64,000 nt of DNA from Rhodoglobus sp. (GTDB lineage: Bacteria > Actinomycetota > Actinomycetes > Actinomycetales > Microbacteriaceae), in assembly GCA_041736385.1 (NCBI GenBank), contig JBGSTT010000022.1, positions 15,977 to 79,976 of the forward strand, read 5' to 3'. Below the pieces are notes generated by a model. It was not told the origin of the DNA and did not search any database. It worked only from the letters and a program-made list of their open reading frames with translations. The position numbers and the translations under genes are program-made. This document shows positions 21,930 through 31,984 of the stretch, one piece after another; the stretch's first letter is position 1, and every line of letters starts with the position of its first letter.

Positions 21930-21969
21930 GATGTCTTCTTCTTTCTCGTAGTTGTTTGTGCGCTGTTAC

Positions 21970-22485
21970 TTACTGCGCGGACGATTGCTTCTCCCGCAAC
22001 GCCTCGACCGTGCGGACGGCTTGGGCGAGCGGGGCGTTGAACAGATATGCAGCGCCGAACAGCGAAGCCTTGGCGGCTCCCGCGAACTTCGCAAGCAGCA
22101 CCTCCCGGCTTTCGAGATCGGCGAGCTTACTGACCTCTTCAGCCGTGAGCGGGTTACCGTCAAAGTAACCGTTCTTCACGAGCAGAAGCGGGTTTGCCTT
22201 GGCAAAGTCACGCAACGACTTCGCGACGGCGACGGTGTCGCCGTGCACGAATACGATCGCCGTTGGGCCGACGAGGTCGTTATCAAACGACGTGATGCCT
22301 GCCTCGTTAGCCGCGATCTTCGTGAGCGTGTTCTTCACCACGGCGTATGTGGCGTGCTCACTGATGGACTGCCGCAGCGACTTTAGCTGGGCAACCGTGA
22401 GTCCGCGATACTCGGTGAGCAATACGGCATTCGAGCTACGGAACTTGTCCTTAAGCTCGGCGACCGATGCTTCCTTGTTCGCCAT
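21970..22485 (-). CDS. rplJ: 50S ribosomal protein L10
   Basis: [24 protein letters not shown]; ATG after GGGAG. Confidence 0.97.
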   Translation of the reverse strand: MANKEASVAELKDKFRSSNAVLLTEYRGLTVAQLKSLRQSISEHATYAVVKNTLTKIAANEAGITSFDNDLVGPTAIVFVHGDTVAVAKSLRDFAKANPLLLVKNGYFDGNPLTAEEVSKLADLESREVLLAKFAGAAKASLFGAAYLFNAPLAQAVRTVEALREKQSSAQ

Positions 22486-22619
22486 GGTGCTCCCTAATAG
22501 TGGTTGATTGTTTTGTGCCCGACGACACACAGGCCCGCGCAGAGCAATAAAAAAGCTCCGGCTAGCCTGCAATCACAGGAGCACGGAGCTGAACCCGAAC
22601 GGAAAGAATCCGTCAGGGA

Positions 22620-22715
22620 TACGACTTCACACACCTGCGCTGGATTCGTTGTTCACGAACTTCGACTCGCACCGCTCTTTCGAGCGACGCGGGTAACCTG
22701 CGGTCTTCGGCTCCG
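22620..22715 (-). promoter_or_regulatory. L10 leader (r-protein autoregulatory RNA), approximate bounds
   Basis: Minus strand GAAGACCGCAGG...GAAG...CCAGCGCAGG in the long rplJ 5' region. Confidence 0.65.
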
Positions 22716-22769
22716 CCAAGGGTACGGCATGCTCGGCGAGCAAGCAAACCGGCCACGAAAGGTGAACGT

Positions 22770-24350
22770 TTAGGCGGGAGCGGCAGCGCGCAGCGCGGCC
22801 GCGGGCGGTGCAACTTTGCGCAGGCCAGCGAGCGGCATCCGAAACCAGAAGACGGTTTCACCGGGTTTGCTCCGCACACCAACCGTGCCGCCGTGCGCCT
22901 CAATCACTCCTGCGACGATGGACAACCCGAGTCCAGTGCTCGCCGGTCGGCCCGAGCTTGCGGAATGGCCCGAGCTTGCCGACGGCGCTGTGGTTCCCGA
23001 GGGGCGAGCACGGGATCCGTCGGCGCGCACGAATCGTTGGTAGATCCGCGGGAGCAGTTCTGCGTCGATTCCGGGTCCGGTGTCGCTGACCTGCACGAGC
23101 GCATCCGTGCCTTCAACACTTGATGTCACGGTCACCGTGGTCCCGGGCGGCGTGTGTTGGCGAGCATTCGCGAGGAGGTTTGCGACGACCTGATGGAGCC
23201 GAGTTGCGTCACCGGTTACTCGGATCGGCGTAGACGCCTCGACGAGTACCCAGTCGTGCTCAGGTCCGGTGACGGTGGTGTCGGCAACCGTTGCGTCGGC
23301 AATCGAGTCGCGAATCACACCTGCGAGATCGACCGAGTCACGCGCAAGTGGGTTGCATTCGTCGAGTCTCGCTAACAGCAGCAAATCCTCCACAAGCGCC
23401 GTCATGCGAACCGTCTCAGATTCCACTCTCGCCATCGCGTGAACAATATCCTTCGGCAGATCGTGTCCTGAGCGTCTCGTCAACTCCGAATAGCCTCGAA
23501 TGGCGGCGAGCGGTGTGCGTAACTCGTGGCTCGCATCCGCCACGAACGTTCGTACCTTGTTCTCACTCGCCTGGCGAGCAGACAGGGCGGATGCCACGTG
23601 GTCGAGCATGCGGTTGACGGCGGCGCCCACCTTGCCGACCTCGGTTGACGGATTCGCATCAACTTCCCCAACGCGAACGGCCAAATCGACATCGCCTCGA
23701 TCGAGCGGGATCTCAGCCACGCGAGATGCCGCATCCGCAACCCGGTCGAGGGGACGAAGTGCCAACCGCACGATGCCAGCGCCGGCAGCAGCAGCGATGA
23801 TGACGCCAACGACCCCAACTCCGAGTACGAGCAGTGCAAGCCGGAGCAGGGTTTCGTCGACCTCCTTGAGCGGCAAGCCAATGATCAGGTCGCCGGCGAA
23901 GGAAGTCGCGCGGATGACAACGCGGTAGTTGCCGAAGCCCGCTCCAAGGTCAACGGTGCTCGGCAGTTCGCTCAAGCTTGACGTCAGCAAGCGTGCGCTT
24001 TGCTCTGCTGACAAGGGCACAACCGTTCCACGCTCACCGAGCACGGCCGCGCTCACTACGCCTGCCGGGTCAACGAGACCAGCGAGGGTGCCTTCACGCT
24101 GTCCAGGCAAAACGACAAAGTCGTCGGCCCCGGGTTCGTCCGGCTCCCCCCGTTGAGCGCCGGGACGTCCCTGATCGGCGCCGAAGGCATCCTCTGAGCG
24201 ACCGGTTGCGGCCACGAGTTGACCATCCAGTCGCCCGACCAAGAACGTCTCGAGTGCGACAACGCTGATGACCCCGATGGCAATCGATACTGCCGTTAGC
24301 AGCGCGACGATGCCAGCGACGAGTTTCGTGCGGAGTGTGACTCGACTCAA
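22770..24350 (-). CDS. Sensor histidine kinase (TcrY/PhoR-like)
   Basis: FVADASHELRTPL H-box, NLLANA, DTGPGI, TGLGLSIV; two TM plus HAMP. Confidence 0.93.
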   Translation of the reverse strand: MSRVTLRTKLVAGIVALLTAVSIAIGVISVVALETFLVGRLDGQLVAATGRSEDAFGADQGRPGAQRGEPDEPGADDFVVLPGQREGTLAGLVDPAGVVSAAVLGERGTVVPLSAEQSARLLTSSLSELPSTVDLGAGFGNYRVVIRATSFAGDLIIGLPLKEVDETLLRLALLVLGVGVVGVIIAAAAGAGIVRLALRPLDRVADAASRVAEIPLDRGDVDLAVRVGEVDANPSTEVGKVGAAVNRMLDHVASALSARQASENKVRTFVADASHELRTPLAAIRGYSELTRRSGHDLPKDIVHAMARVESETVRMTALVEDLLLLARLDECNPLARDSVDLAGVIRDSIADATVADTTVTGPEHDWVLVEASTPIRVTGDATRLHQVVANLLANARQHTPPGTTVTVTSSVEGTDALVQVSDTGPGIDAELLPRIYQRFVRADGSRARPSGTTAPSASSGHSASSGRPASTGLGLSIVAGVIEAHGGTVGVRSKPGETVFWFRMPLAGLRKVAPPAAALRAAAPA

Positions 24351-25096
24351 GCGGCGGCCTTCAAGATGTAACCGACTCCGCGAACCGTGTGAATCATGGG
24401 CTGCCCGAAGGCGTCGAGCTTCTTGCGCAAGTATGAGATGTAGAGCTCAACTACGCTCGCCTTGCCGTCGAACTCGTAGCTCCAGACCCGGTCGAGAATC
24501 TGCGCTTTGCTGAGCACGCGTCGAGGGTTGCGCATGAGGTACCGCAAGAGTTCGAACTCGGTCGCGGTGAGTTCGATGATCGTGCCAGCGCGGCGCACCT
24601 CGTAGCTCTCTTCGTTGAGCATCAGATCGCCGACTTCAATGACGGAATCAACGCCAGCCGCTGTCGCCAAGCTTGAGCGGCGGATGAGCGCTCGTAAACG
24701 CGCGACCAGTTCTTCAAGGCTGAACGGCTTGGTCACGTAGTCGTCGCCGCCAATCGTGAGCCCGGCCACCCGGTCATCAAGCGAATCCTTGGCGGTCAAG
24801 AAGAGAATCGGCACTTCGATGCCATCGGCACGCAATCTCGCCAGCACCGTCAGGCCGTCGATACCCGGCAGCATAATGTCCAGCACCACGACGTCGGGTC
24901 GAAACTCCCGGATGAGCGCGAGCGCGTGCTGACCGTCGCCGGAGCGTCGCACGTCCCAGCCCTCGTAGCGCAACGCCATCGACACAAGATCGCTCAGTGA
25001 CTCCTCATCATCGACAACCACGGCGCGGATCGGTCCGCCATCGGCGCGGCGAAGCTGAGGCTGTGCCACGGCTGCTGGCGCGTGTTTGGAGATCAT
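24347..25096 (-). CDS. OmpR-family response regulator (TcrX-like)
   Basis: VVDDE, VLDIMLP, FLTAKD, KPF, VVELYISYLRKK; start trimmed to ATG 25096. Confidence 0.93.
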   Translation of the reverse strand: MISKHAPAAVAQPQLRRADGGPIRAVVVDDEESLSDLVSMALRYEGWDVRRSGDGQHALALIREFRPDVVVLDIMLPGIDGLTVLARLRADGIEVPILFLTAKDSLDDRVAGLTIGGDDYVTKPFSLEELVARLRALIRRSSLATAAGVDSVIEVGDLMLNEESYEVRRAGTIIELTATEFELLRYLMRNPRRVLSKAQILDRVWSYEFDGKASVVELYISYLRKKLDAFGQPMIHTVRGVGYILKAAA

Positions 25097-25143
25097 TCTT
25101 TCCAGTATTGAGAGTTTCCTATGAATTGGCTGTATCCGATTCA

Positions 25144-25812
25144 ATGATGAACGTGGACGACCGCGTCGTAGTTGGCGGGGCGCGGGCCGGGTACGACAAT
25201 GGTCATGTGACGCTACAGCCGGAACTCGACCTGTGGGATGTGCCGTCGCCCGACCACCGTGGTCGGATTGTTGCCAGTGCCGACGACCGAATCGCTTGGC
25301 TGCGAGCGCGCAGTCGCGGGGTGACGGCAACTGACGTTGCTCGACTGTCGAGTGAACGCGCCCTAGGCGCCGTCGCCCAGGACAAGCTGCTCGGTACCGG
25401 CTTCGGTGGCAACGCATACACCGATCACGGCAGGGCTCGAGAGCCCGAGATTGCTCGCTGGGTGCGCGCTCAGCACGGGATCGAGCCGAGTTCTGCGCTG
25501 TACCACGCACACGGCAACCCGCTCCACCTCGCAACTCCCGACGGCGTCGGTGTGCTCGGCGATGAGGTCGTGCTGGCAGAGATCAAGACGACGGTTCACG
25601 CGTGGCGAAGCATCCCCAGAAGCTATCTCAGGCAAGTGTGGTGGCAGCAGTACGTTCTCGGGGCTGAGCGCACGCTGGTCGTCTGGGAACAACACGAGGG
25701 CTTCGTTCCGCTGGGTGCAGAGCCAGAGTGCCGCTGGGTCGAGCGGGACGACAACGAGGTTCACGTGCTCGTCGGACTAGCGAACCGGCTCCTCGCGCTC
25801 ATGAGCCGCTGA
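25144..25812 (+). CDS. YqaJ-like (lambda exonuclease family) PD-(D/E)xK nuclease
   Basis: WLRARSRGVTATD, GRAREP, ATPDG, EIKT, YLRQVWWQ; start uncertain (25144 or 25207). Confidence 0.85.
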   Translation: MMNVDDRVVVGGARAGYDNGHVTLQPELDLWDVPSPDHRGRIVASADDRIAWLRARSRGVTATDVARLSSERALGAVAQDKLLGTGFGGNAYTDHGRAREPEIARWVRAQHGIEPSSALYHAHGNPLHLATPDGVGVLGDEVVLAEIKTTVHAWRSIPRSYLRQVWWQQYVLGAERTLVVWEQHEGFVPLGAEPECRWVERDDNEVHVLVGLANRLLALMSR

Positions 25813-26517
25813 AAGTTCGACGCGGTGTCCCGTTGCATCGGCTGCTGCCAGGAGCTTGGCCGCACGTAGCGACCGAGCTGCGTGCAGCGCGAGGACCACA
25901 CCGAAGACCACCAGCCATCCAATGGCAACGGTCGTCGCAATGAACTCAAGCCGACTCCCGAGGTCGGCCTGGAAGCGAAACAGCGACAGCAGTCCCCCGG
26001 CGGATGCGATGACCGCCACGATCACGGCGGTTGCCAATGACAGGCGGGCAAGCACGCGGTACTCGCGCGCGAAAGCGGTCTGCAACATCGCGACACAAGC
26101 CGCCGCAAAGGCGAGCACCGCGGAAAGCGTGTGAAGAAAGTCCTGCCAAGTGAAGGTGCTGCCGTATGGCAATGGGCAGCCGGGCGTGCACGTGACCTGA
26201 GAGGCAAACAGAAAGAACCCGCATGCAATCCAGAGGGAGATAGTAGGAGTCCAAGCCGACAACACGCCAATTGAACTGCGCACGTGACGGCCAGCAAAGG
26301 CGATCAAGCTGCCCCCGATCACGATAAGAACGAGCGAGATCTGAAACCACGCGGCCGTGGGCTCACCCTGGGCGCCGAGCTCGCTCACATAGAGCTCTCG
26401 GCTGACACTGATGCGCGACAACCAGATAATCACCAGGGCGGCGATGACGAGCAAGCAGCCGAGAATGGCAGCCGCGAACTCCACCCGTCGAAGAGTCAGC
26501 GTGCGATCGGTATTCAC
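25777..26517 (-). CDS. DUF998-like membrane protein
   Basis: YVSELGAQG, CTPGCP, multiple TM helices; GTG preceded by TATCCT. Confidence 0.7.
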   Translation of the reverse strand: MNTDRTLTLRRVEFAAAILGCLLVIAALVIIWLSRISVSRELYVSELGAQGEPTAAWFQISLVLIVIGGSLIAFAGRHVRSSIGVLSAWTPTISLWIACGFFLFASQVTCTPGCPLPYGSTFTWQDFLHTLSAVLAFAAACVAMLQTAFAREYRVLARLSLATAVIVAVIASAGGLLSLFRFQADLGSRLEFIATTVAIGWLVVFGVVLALHAARSLRAAKLLAAADATGHRVELSAAHEREEPVR

Positions 26518-26643
26518 GATTTGAAGGATAGCGCCCGGCGATAGTTTGCCGCGAGGTGACAAATCCGAAACAGTGCCGACTCATTGAGCGTCTTTACTTT
26601 GTGAGTGGCTGGCGCGGTTAGTAGCTGGCGCGGGGAGGCAAAG

Positions 26644-27609
26644 ATGAGCACGATGCGGGCTGTCGTGATGGATGCTACTGGCGGCTCCGAGGTACTGCAC
26701 CTTTCCGAGGTGCCCAAGCCGGCCAGAGTCAACGCCGAGTTCTTGATCAAGGTCGTCGCCGCCGGGGTCAACCCGATTGACTTCAAGACCAGATCCGGCG
26801 CCGGCGCATCCGGTGCGATCACCAAGTTTCCGGTGATTCTGGGCAACGACTTCAGCGGTGTGGTCGTCGAGTCGTCGTACGACGCCCACCAAATCAAAGT
26901 TGGCGACGAGGTCTACGGCATGACCATGGTGCCGAGATTCGGTGGCAGCTACGCCGAGTTCTTGACCGTTCCCGGCATCGCGCTGGCGCGCAAACCGCGG
27001 GCGCTTTCACACGTCGAGGCCGCGGCTGTTCCACTCGCCGCGCTGACCGCATGGGGCGCCGTGGTCGATGTGGCAAAGGCGCACGAAGGTCAGCGGATGC
27101 TCATCCACGCTGGTGCCGGCGGCGTCGGTCATTTCGCGATCCAGTTCGCGACCTACTTCGGTGCCCACGTCATCACCACGGGTTCGACGCGCAACGCCAG
27201 TTGGCTCCGAGAGCTCGGGGCCAGCGAAGTGATCGATTACTCGACGACCCGGTTCGAGGACGTCGTGACGGATCTCGACGTCGTCGTAGACCTCATCGGC
27301 AACACCGTCGACGAGACCGGCTCGCGATCCCTGTCAGTGCTCAGGCCGGGCGGGCTCATCGTCAACCTTCCGACGGGCAGCTGGCCAGAACTCGCCGATG
27401 ATGCGGCGGCAGCCGGCGTTCGCGCGACTGGCTACCGCGTGTCAGCAGACGGCGCGACTCTGGCGATCATCTCGCGCCTGCTGGAGTCCGGCGATGTTCG
27501 TGTGTACGTCGATCGCGTCTTCGAGCTGCACGAGGCGAGCGACGCCCATCAGGCACTGGAAACTGGCCACACCAGAGGCAAGCTCGTGCTCAAAGTCAGC
27601 GACGGCTGA
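26644..27609 (+). CDS. NADP-dependent oxidoreductase (quinone oxidoreductase/MDR family)
   Basis: AGVNPID, ILGNDFSG, HAGAGGVGHFAIQ, GHTRGKLVL. Confidence 0.92.
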   Translation: MSTMRAVVMDATGGSEVLHLSEVPKPARVNAEFLIKVVAAGVNPIDFKTRSGAGASGAITKFPVILGNDFSGVVVESSYDAHQIKVGDEVYGMTMVPRFGGSYAEFLTVPGIALARKPRALSHVEAAAVPLAALTAWGAVVDVAKAHEGQRMLIHAGAGGVGHFAIQFATYFGAHVITTGSTRNASWLRELGASEVIDYSTTRFEDVVTDLDVVVDLIGNTVDETGSRSLSVLRPGGLIVNLPTGSWPELADDAAAAGVRATGYRVSADGATLAIISRLLESGDVRVYVDRVFELHEASDAHQALETGHTRGKLVLKVSDG

Positions 27610-27619
27610 TCTCGGCTGA

Positions 27620-27661
27620 TCTCGGCTTCGCTCGATCACCGGTGGTCGAGCGCAGCCGAGA
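27620..27661. repeat. REP-like 21+21 bp inverted repeat between convergent genes
   Basis: TCTCGGCTTCGCTCGATCACC / GGTGGTCGAGCGCAGCCGAGA (2 mismatches). Confidence 0.65.
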
Positions 27662-27668
27662 CCCACGC

Positions 27669-28193
27669 TCACAGCGCGAGTTCCGCCACGAAGTCATCTT
27701 CGTAGCGCTCGCCGACCAGAAACTTCTTCGTGCCGACCACCGAGAATCCGCACTTCTCGTAGAAGCGTCTTGCGCGAACATTCTGTTGGTTGACGCCGAG
27801 CCACAGGCTTTTCGCTCCTCGGTCTCTGGCGGCGCCCGCTGATGACGCGACGAGGGCAGCCGCGAGTCCGCTGCCATGCGCTTCCGGGAGCGCGTAGCAC
27901 TTGCTGAGTTCAGCGGTCGGTCTCTGAGCGACGGATGCCGCGACATCCGGATCACTGGGCTCGCCATACACGACCATCGTGTACCCGCTCGGGGTCGCGT
28001 CGATCGACCCGAGAAACAGGTCTCGGTCATGGTCTGCGAGATAGCTCGCGAAAGCATCCACCGAAAGGTTCGCGGCGATGAAGGCCTCGATCGACTCTGG
28101 GAGCGTGTCTGGGGGGCAGGCGAGCGGAAAGGTCGCCGCCGCGATTTCGTGAAGGAGCGCCGCATCATCCGCCGTCGCTTGGCGAATCAGCAT
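27669..28193 (-). CDS. GNAT family N-acetyltransferase
   Basis: AATFPLACP, HGSGLAAAL motif A, WLGVNQQNVRARRFYEKCGF. Confidence 0.9.
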   Translation of the reverse strand: MLIRQATADDAALLHEIAAATFPLACPPDTLPESIEAFIAANLSVDAFASYLADHDRDLFLGSIDATPSGYTMVVYGEPSDPDVAASVAQRPTAELSKCYALPEAHGSGLAAALVASSAGAARDRGAKSLWLGVNQQNVRARRFYEKCGFSVVGTKKFLVGERYEDDFVAELAL

Positions 28194-28236
28194 GGATGTA
28201 TCAACTTTGCACTCCAGCCAGTATGAGAGTGGCACG

Positions 28237-28265
28237 AAAAAGGGGCCAGCCGCGGCTGACCCCTT
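28237..28265 (-). terminator. Intrinsic terminator after rplA
   Basis: GC hairpin followed by a U-tract on the minus strand. Confidence 0.75.
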
Positions 28266-28280
28266 CACCGCTAGCGATGA

Positions 28281-28970
28281 TTACAGAACGTTGACGTCGA
28301 GCGGGATGCCGGGGCCGAACGTTGTCGAGACGGTGCCCTTCGTGATGTAGCGACCCTTCGACGAGCTCGGCTTTGAACGAACGACTTCGTCGAGCGCAGC
28401 CTTGATGTTCTCGCTGAGCTGCGACTCGGTGAAGCCGGCCTTGCCGACCACGAAGTGCACGTTCGAGTGCTTGTCAACGCGGAATTCGATCTTGCCGCCC
28501 TTGATTTCAGAGACCGCCTTGGCGGTGTCCTGGGTTACCGTTCCGGTCTTCGGGTTCGGCATGAGGCCGCGGGGGCCGAGCACCTTGCCGAGTCGACCAA
28601 CCTGACCCATCAGTTCGGGGGTTGAGACTGCCGCGTCAAACGCGGTGTATCCGCCGGCGACCTTCTCGATGAGTTCTGCACCGCCGACTTCATCAGCCCC
28701 AGCCGCGATTGCAGCCTCGGCAGCAGGACCGGTGGCGAACACGATGACTCGAGCGACCTTGCCGGTTCCGTGCGGAAGGATCACGGTTCCGCGAACCATT
28801 TGGTCCGCCTTGCGCGGGTCGACACCGAGCTTGAGGGCGACCTCGACGGTGGAGTCGAACGTTTTCGATCCGGTGACTTTCGCAACGGCGACGGCCTCAG
28901 ACGGCGTGTAGAACTTGCCGTCTTCAATCTTCTCGACAGCTGCGCGATATGCCTTTGATTTGGTTGCCAT
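28281..28970 (-). CDS. rplA: 50S ribosomal protein L1
   Basis: [29 protein letters not shown]. Confidence 0.98.
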   Translation of the reverse strand: MATKSKAYRAAVEKIEDGKFYTPSEAVAVAKVTGSKTFDSTVEVALKLGVDPRKADQMVRGTVILPHGTGKVARVIVFATGPAAEAAIAAGADEVGGAELIEKVAGGYTAFDAAVSTPELMGQVGRLGKVLGPRGLMPNPKTGTVTQDTAKAVSEIKGGKIEFRVDKHSNVHFVVGKAGFTESQLSENIKAALDEVVRSKPSSSKGRYITKGTVSTTFGPGIPLDVNVL

Positions 28971-28972
28971 GA

Positions 28973-29404
28973 TTACGCCTCCACCGTGATTCCCATTGAG
29001 CGAGCAGTGCCGGCGATGATCTTCTCCGCGCCGGCGATGTCGTTGGCGTTGAGGTCAACCATCTTCATCTCGGCGATTGAGCGCACTTGCTCCTTGGTGA
29101 GCTTCGCAACCTTCACCGTGTGCGGGGTCGGCGACCCCTTCTGCACTCCGGCGGCTTTCTTGATGAGCTCTGCAGCGGGCGGAGTCTTGAGGATGAACGT
29201 GAACGAACGGTCCTCGTAGACCGTGATCTCTACCGGGATGACGTTGCCGCGCTGTGCCTCGGTGGCCGCGTTGTACGCCTTGCAGAACTCCATGATGTTC
29301 ACGCCGTGCTGACCGAGCGCTGGCCCGATGGGCGGTGCTGGGTTCGCGGCTCCAGCCTGGATCTGAAGCTTGATCAGACCCGTGACTTTCTTTTTGGGTG
29401 CCAT
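28973..29404 (-). CDS. rplK: 50S ribosomal protein L11
   Basis: [33 protein letters not shown]. Confidence 0.98.
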   Translation of the reverse strand: MAPKKKVTGLIKLQIQAGAANPAPPIGPALGQHGVNIMEFCKAYNAATEAQRGNVIPVEITVYEDRSFTFILKTPPAAELIKKAAGVQKGSPTPHTVKVAKLTKEQVRSIAEMKMVDLNANDIAGAEKIIAGTARSMGITVEA

Positions 29405-29556
29405 GATTTTCTCTTTTCTTATCGAACTGGCCCGTGTTGGCCGGCTCTCCCGTCATCCCAATGGATGCGGTGCAGTTGCCTTCGCAGACAACCTCCTCAT
29501 ATTACGCCGGATGCTGGTGCTTGGCCAAACGCTGCCAGAATTACGGCCTAATCCAC

Positions 29557-29572
29557 TAGAACATATGTTCGA
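29557..29572. promoter_or_regulatory. LexA (SOS) box, actinobacterial type
   Basis: TAGAACATATGTTCGA versus consensus TCGAAC-N4-GTTCGA (1 mismatch), 8 nt before a TATGCT -10. Confidence 0.85.
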
Positions 29573-29592
29573 ATGTCTGCTATGCTCGGAGT

Positions 29593-30969
29593 ATGCAGCA
29601 GCCACCCACAATTGCCAGTCAGGTGGATGCTGTTGCCCGCGAGTTATCCGCACTGATCGACCTTCTGGCTGACGAGCGCGCCGTCGCTCCAATCGCCGAC
29701 GCGATTGCTGTCGTCGAGTCGGTGGGCCGGCTTGTTGACTGTGCGCGAGTGCGTGTGCTCGGTCCGATCGTCGGCAATCCGGCGCTAGTCGAGCGTCTCG
29801 GCTATGCGTCACCCATCGCAGCCGTCGCGGCGCTCGCGCGGATCTCAGAACGGTCCGCTCGCGCGCGCTTGAAGGTCGCCGCCGCGGTGTGCCCTGACCG
29901 GTCCATCACGGGCGCCCCACTCTCCGCTCCACACCCGATGGTGGGCGAAGCCCTCGACACCGGAGAAGTCGGACTGGATGCTGCCGCCTTGATCACGGCC
30001 GAACTGGCGTCGATCGCACCTCGCACTCCAGCAGATGTTCTCGAGGTTGCCGAGCGTGCGATGGTGCAACTCGCAACGGGGGTCAGTGCGAGCGGCGAGC
30101 CGATGGTCTGCACGGTTTCCGTCGACTATCTCGCTGGTGAGATCCGGTTGGTCGCTGCGGCTGCCGACCCCGACGGCGCCCGGCCTCGAGAAGAACGTGC
30201 AACCCGCCGCCGCGACTTCCGCTTGGGCATGCCCGACGAAGACGGACTCGTACCAGCCAACGGCAGGCTCATGCCCGAGCTTGGGTCGCTGCTCGCCGGG
30301 CTACTCGAAGCCCACCGGCGCTCCCCCCGATTCGTTGAGTCAGACGCGAGCCTGAGCAGTGTGGGTGATCTCGCGCTCGGTGTTGACCCACGCACTTCTG
30401 GGCAGCGCCGTCACGACACGTTCGGTGAGATTCTCATGGCTGCCGCAGCCGCACAGAGCGCCCCGCGTCTCGATGGTCAGTCGGTGACCGTTCTGGTTAC
30501 CGTGACCGCGGCCGATCTTGCCAACCAGGACGGGCTCGACTCTGACGCCATCGGCACGATGGCCGGCTCACCATTCCCCGTCTCGCGCCGCACAATCGAA
30601 CGCTTCATTGACGCCGGTGGCTACCGAGTGGTCACAACCGACAAGAACGGCGCCGTCACGACGATCAGCTCACCGCAACGCTGCTTCACCCCCACCCAGC
30701 GGCTCGGCATCTCGGCCCGCGACGGTGTGCGCTGCTCCACCCCGGGCTGCACGAACCCGCACTACACGCTGCAGGCCCACCACGTTATCCCCGACCGAGA
30801 CAACGGCCCCACCGCAATCGACAACGGCATTTTGCTCTGCTATTGGCATCACCAGCTAGTCGATACTGGGCCGTGGCAATACCGCATGATCAATGGGCTG
30901 CCGCAGGTGCGCGGACCCGGTGTGCCAGAGTGGACGGCGACCAGAACGTCTGTCTCGCGCGCCGCGTAG
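29593..30969 (+). CDS. DUF222 (13E12 repeat family) protein with C-terminal HNH endonuclease motif
   Basis: DPDG, DPRTSGQRRHD, RDGVRCSTPGC...AHHVIP...GPTAIDNGILLCYWHH. Confidence 0.9.
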   Translation: MQQPPTIASQVDAVARELSALIDLLADERAVAPIADAIAVVESVGRLVDCARVRVLGPIVGNPALVERLGYASPIAAVAALARISERSARARLKVAAAVCPDRSITGAPLSAPHPMVGEALDTGEVGLDAAALITAELASIAPRTPADVLEVAERAMVQLATGVSASGEPMVCTVSVDYLAGEIRLVAAAADPDGARPREERATRRRDFRLGMPDEDGLVPANGRLMPELGSLLAGLLEAHRRSPRFVESDASLSSVGDLALGVDPRTSGQRRHDTFGEILMAAAAAQSAPRLDGQSVTVLVTVTAADLANQDGLDSDAIGTMAGSPFPVSRRTIERFIDAGGYRVVTTDKNGAVTTISSPQRCFTPTQRLGISARDGVRCSTPGCTNPHYTLQAHHVIPDRDNGPTAIDNGILLCYWHHQLVDTGPWQYRMINGLPQVRGPGVPEWTATRTSVSRAA

Positions 30970-30990
30970 CGGAAGACCCTGCGAAAGACG

Positions 30991-31974
30991 CTACATCTTG
31001 GTGACTTGGTCGAACGAGAGTTCCACCGGAGTCTCACGCTCGAACAGCGAAACAAGCACGATGAGCTTTCCACTCTCGGCCTTGATCTCGCTGATCGATC
31101 CAGGGAGGCCGGCAAATGAGCCCTCCTTGATGGTGATCGTCTCGCCGATCTCGAAGTCGATCTCGGCCGGGATGACGCGCTGAGCGGTCTTGCCCTTGCC
31201 GCCAAGGCCCTTCGCCACAGGAGCCTCGACGATTTGCACGAGACTCTTGAGCATGTTGAACGACTCGTCGAAGCGCAGCGGGCGCGGGTTGTGGGAGTTG
31301 CCGACAAATCCGGTCACGCCGGGGGTGTGGCGAACGACCGACCAGCTGTCCTCGTTGAGGTCCATGCGAACGAGCACGTAGCCCGGGATGCGCACGCGAT
31401 TCACGAGCTTGCGCTGGCCGTTCTTGATCTCGACGACATCTTCCATCGGCACCTCGACCTGAAAGACATAGTCCTCCATAGCCATCGACACCTTGCGGTT
31501 CTCGATGTTCTGCTTCACACGCTTCTCGAACCCGGCGTAGGAGTGGATGACGTACCACTTGCCTGGCTTGGCGCGAAGTTCCGATCGGAAGGCCTCGTAC
31601 GGGTCGGCCTCGGCAGCTTCCTCTGCGCCGGCCTCTGCGCCGTCCTCTGCGCCTTCGCCGGATGCCAGGACCTCGGCCTCGTCGTCGGTCGCTGCGACAG
31701 CGGCATCCGCTTCGTCCATCGAGTCGATGTCAAGCGCGTCTTCGACGATCGCGTCAGCCTCTGGATCAATCGCTGCATCGAGTGCCTCGAGCAGACCGGC
31801 TAGGTCACCCTCGGTTTCGGCATTGTCGTCGACGATGTGGAGCGCGAGGTGCTCCGCTGCATCCTCGGATTGCTCCGCATTGGCGAGCACACGACCCTCT
31901 TGGTTCTCGTCCTCCTCAGAAGACTGTTCCGCGGCGGTCGCGAGCTCGATGTCCTCGCGGTGATTGTCTGACAC
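30991..31974 (-). CDS. nusG: Transcription elongation factor NusG with long acidic N-terminal extension
   Basis: [42 protein letters not shown]. Confidence 0.97.
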   Translation of the reverse strand: MSDNHREDIELATAAEQSSEEDENQEGRVLANAEQSEDAAEHLALHIVDDNAETEGDLAGLLEALDAAIDPEADAIVEDALDIDSMDEADAAVAATDDEAEVLASGEGAEDGAEAGAEEAAEADPYEAFRSELRAKPGKWYVIHSYAGFEKRVKQNIENRKVSMAMEDYVFQVEVPMEDVVEIKNGQRKLVNRVRIPGYVLVRMDLNEDSWSVVRHTPGVTGFVGNSHNPRPLRFDESFNMLKSLVQIVEAPVAKGLGGKGKTAQRVIPAEIDFEIGETITIKEGSFAGLPGSISEIKAESGKLIVLVSLFERETPVELSFDQVTKM

Positions 31975-31984
31975 GTACGTCTCT

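Noticed and set aside
22770-28193. Separation of rplKA from rplJL by about 5.8 kb as a genomic island
   Set aside because: This split is common in Actinobacteria; no integrase, att repeats or evident composition shift
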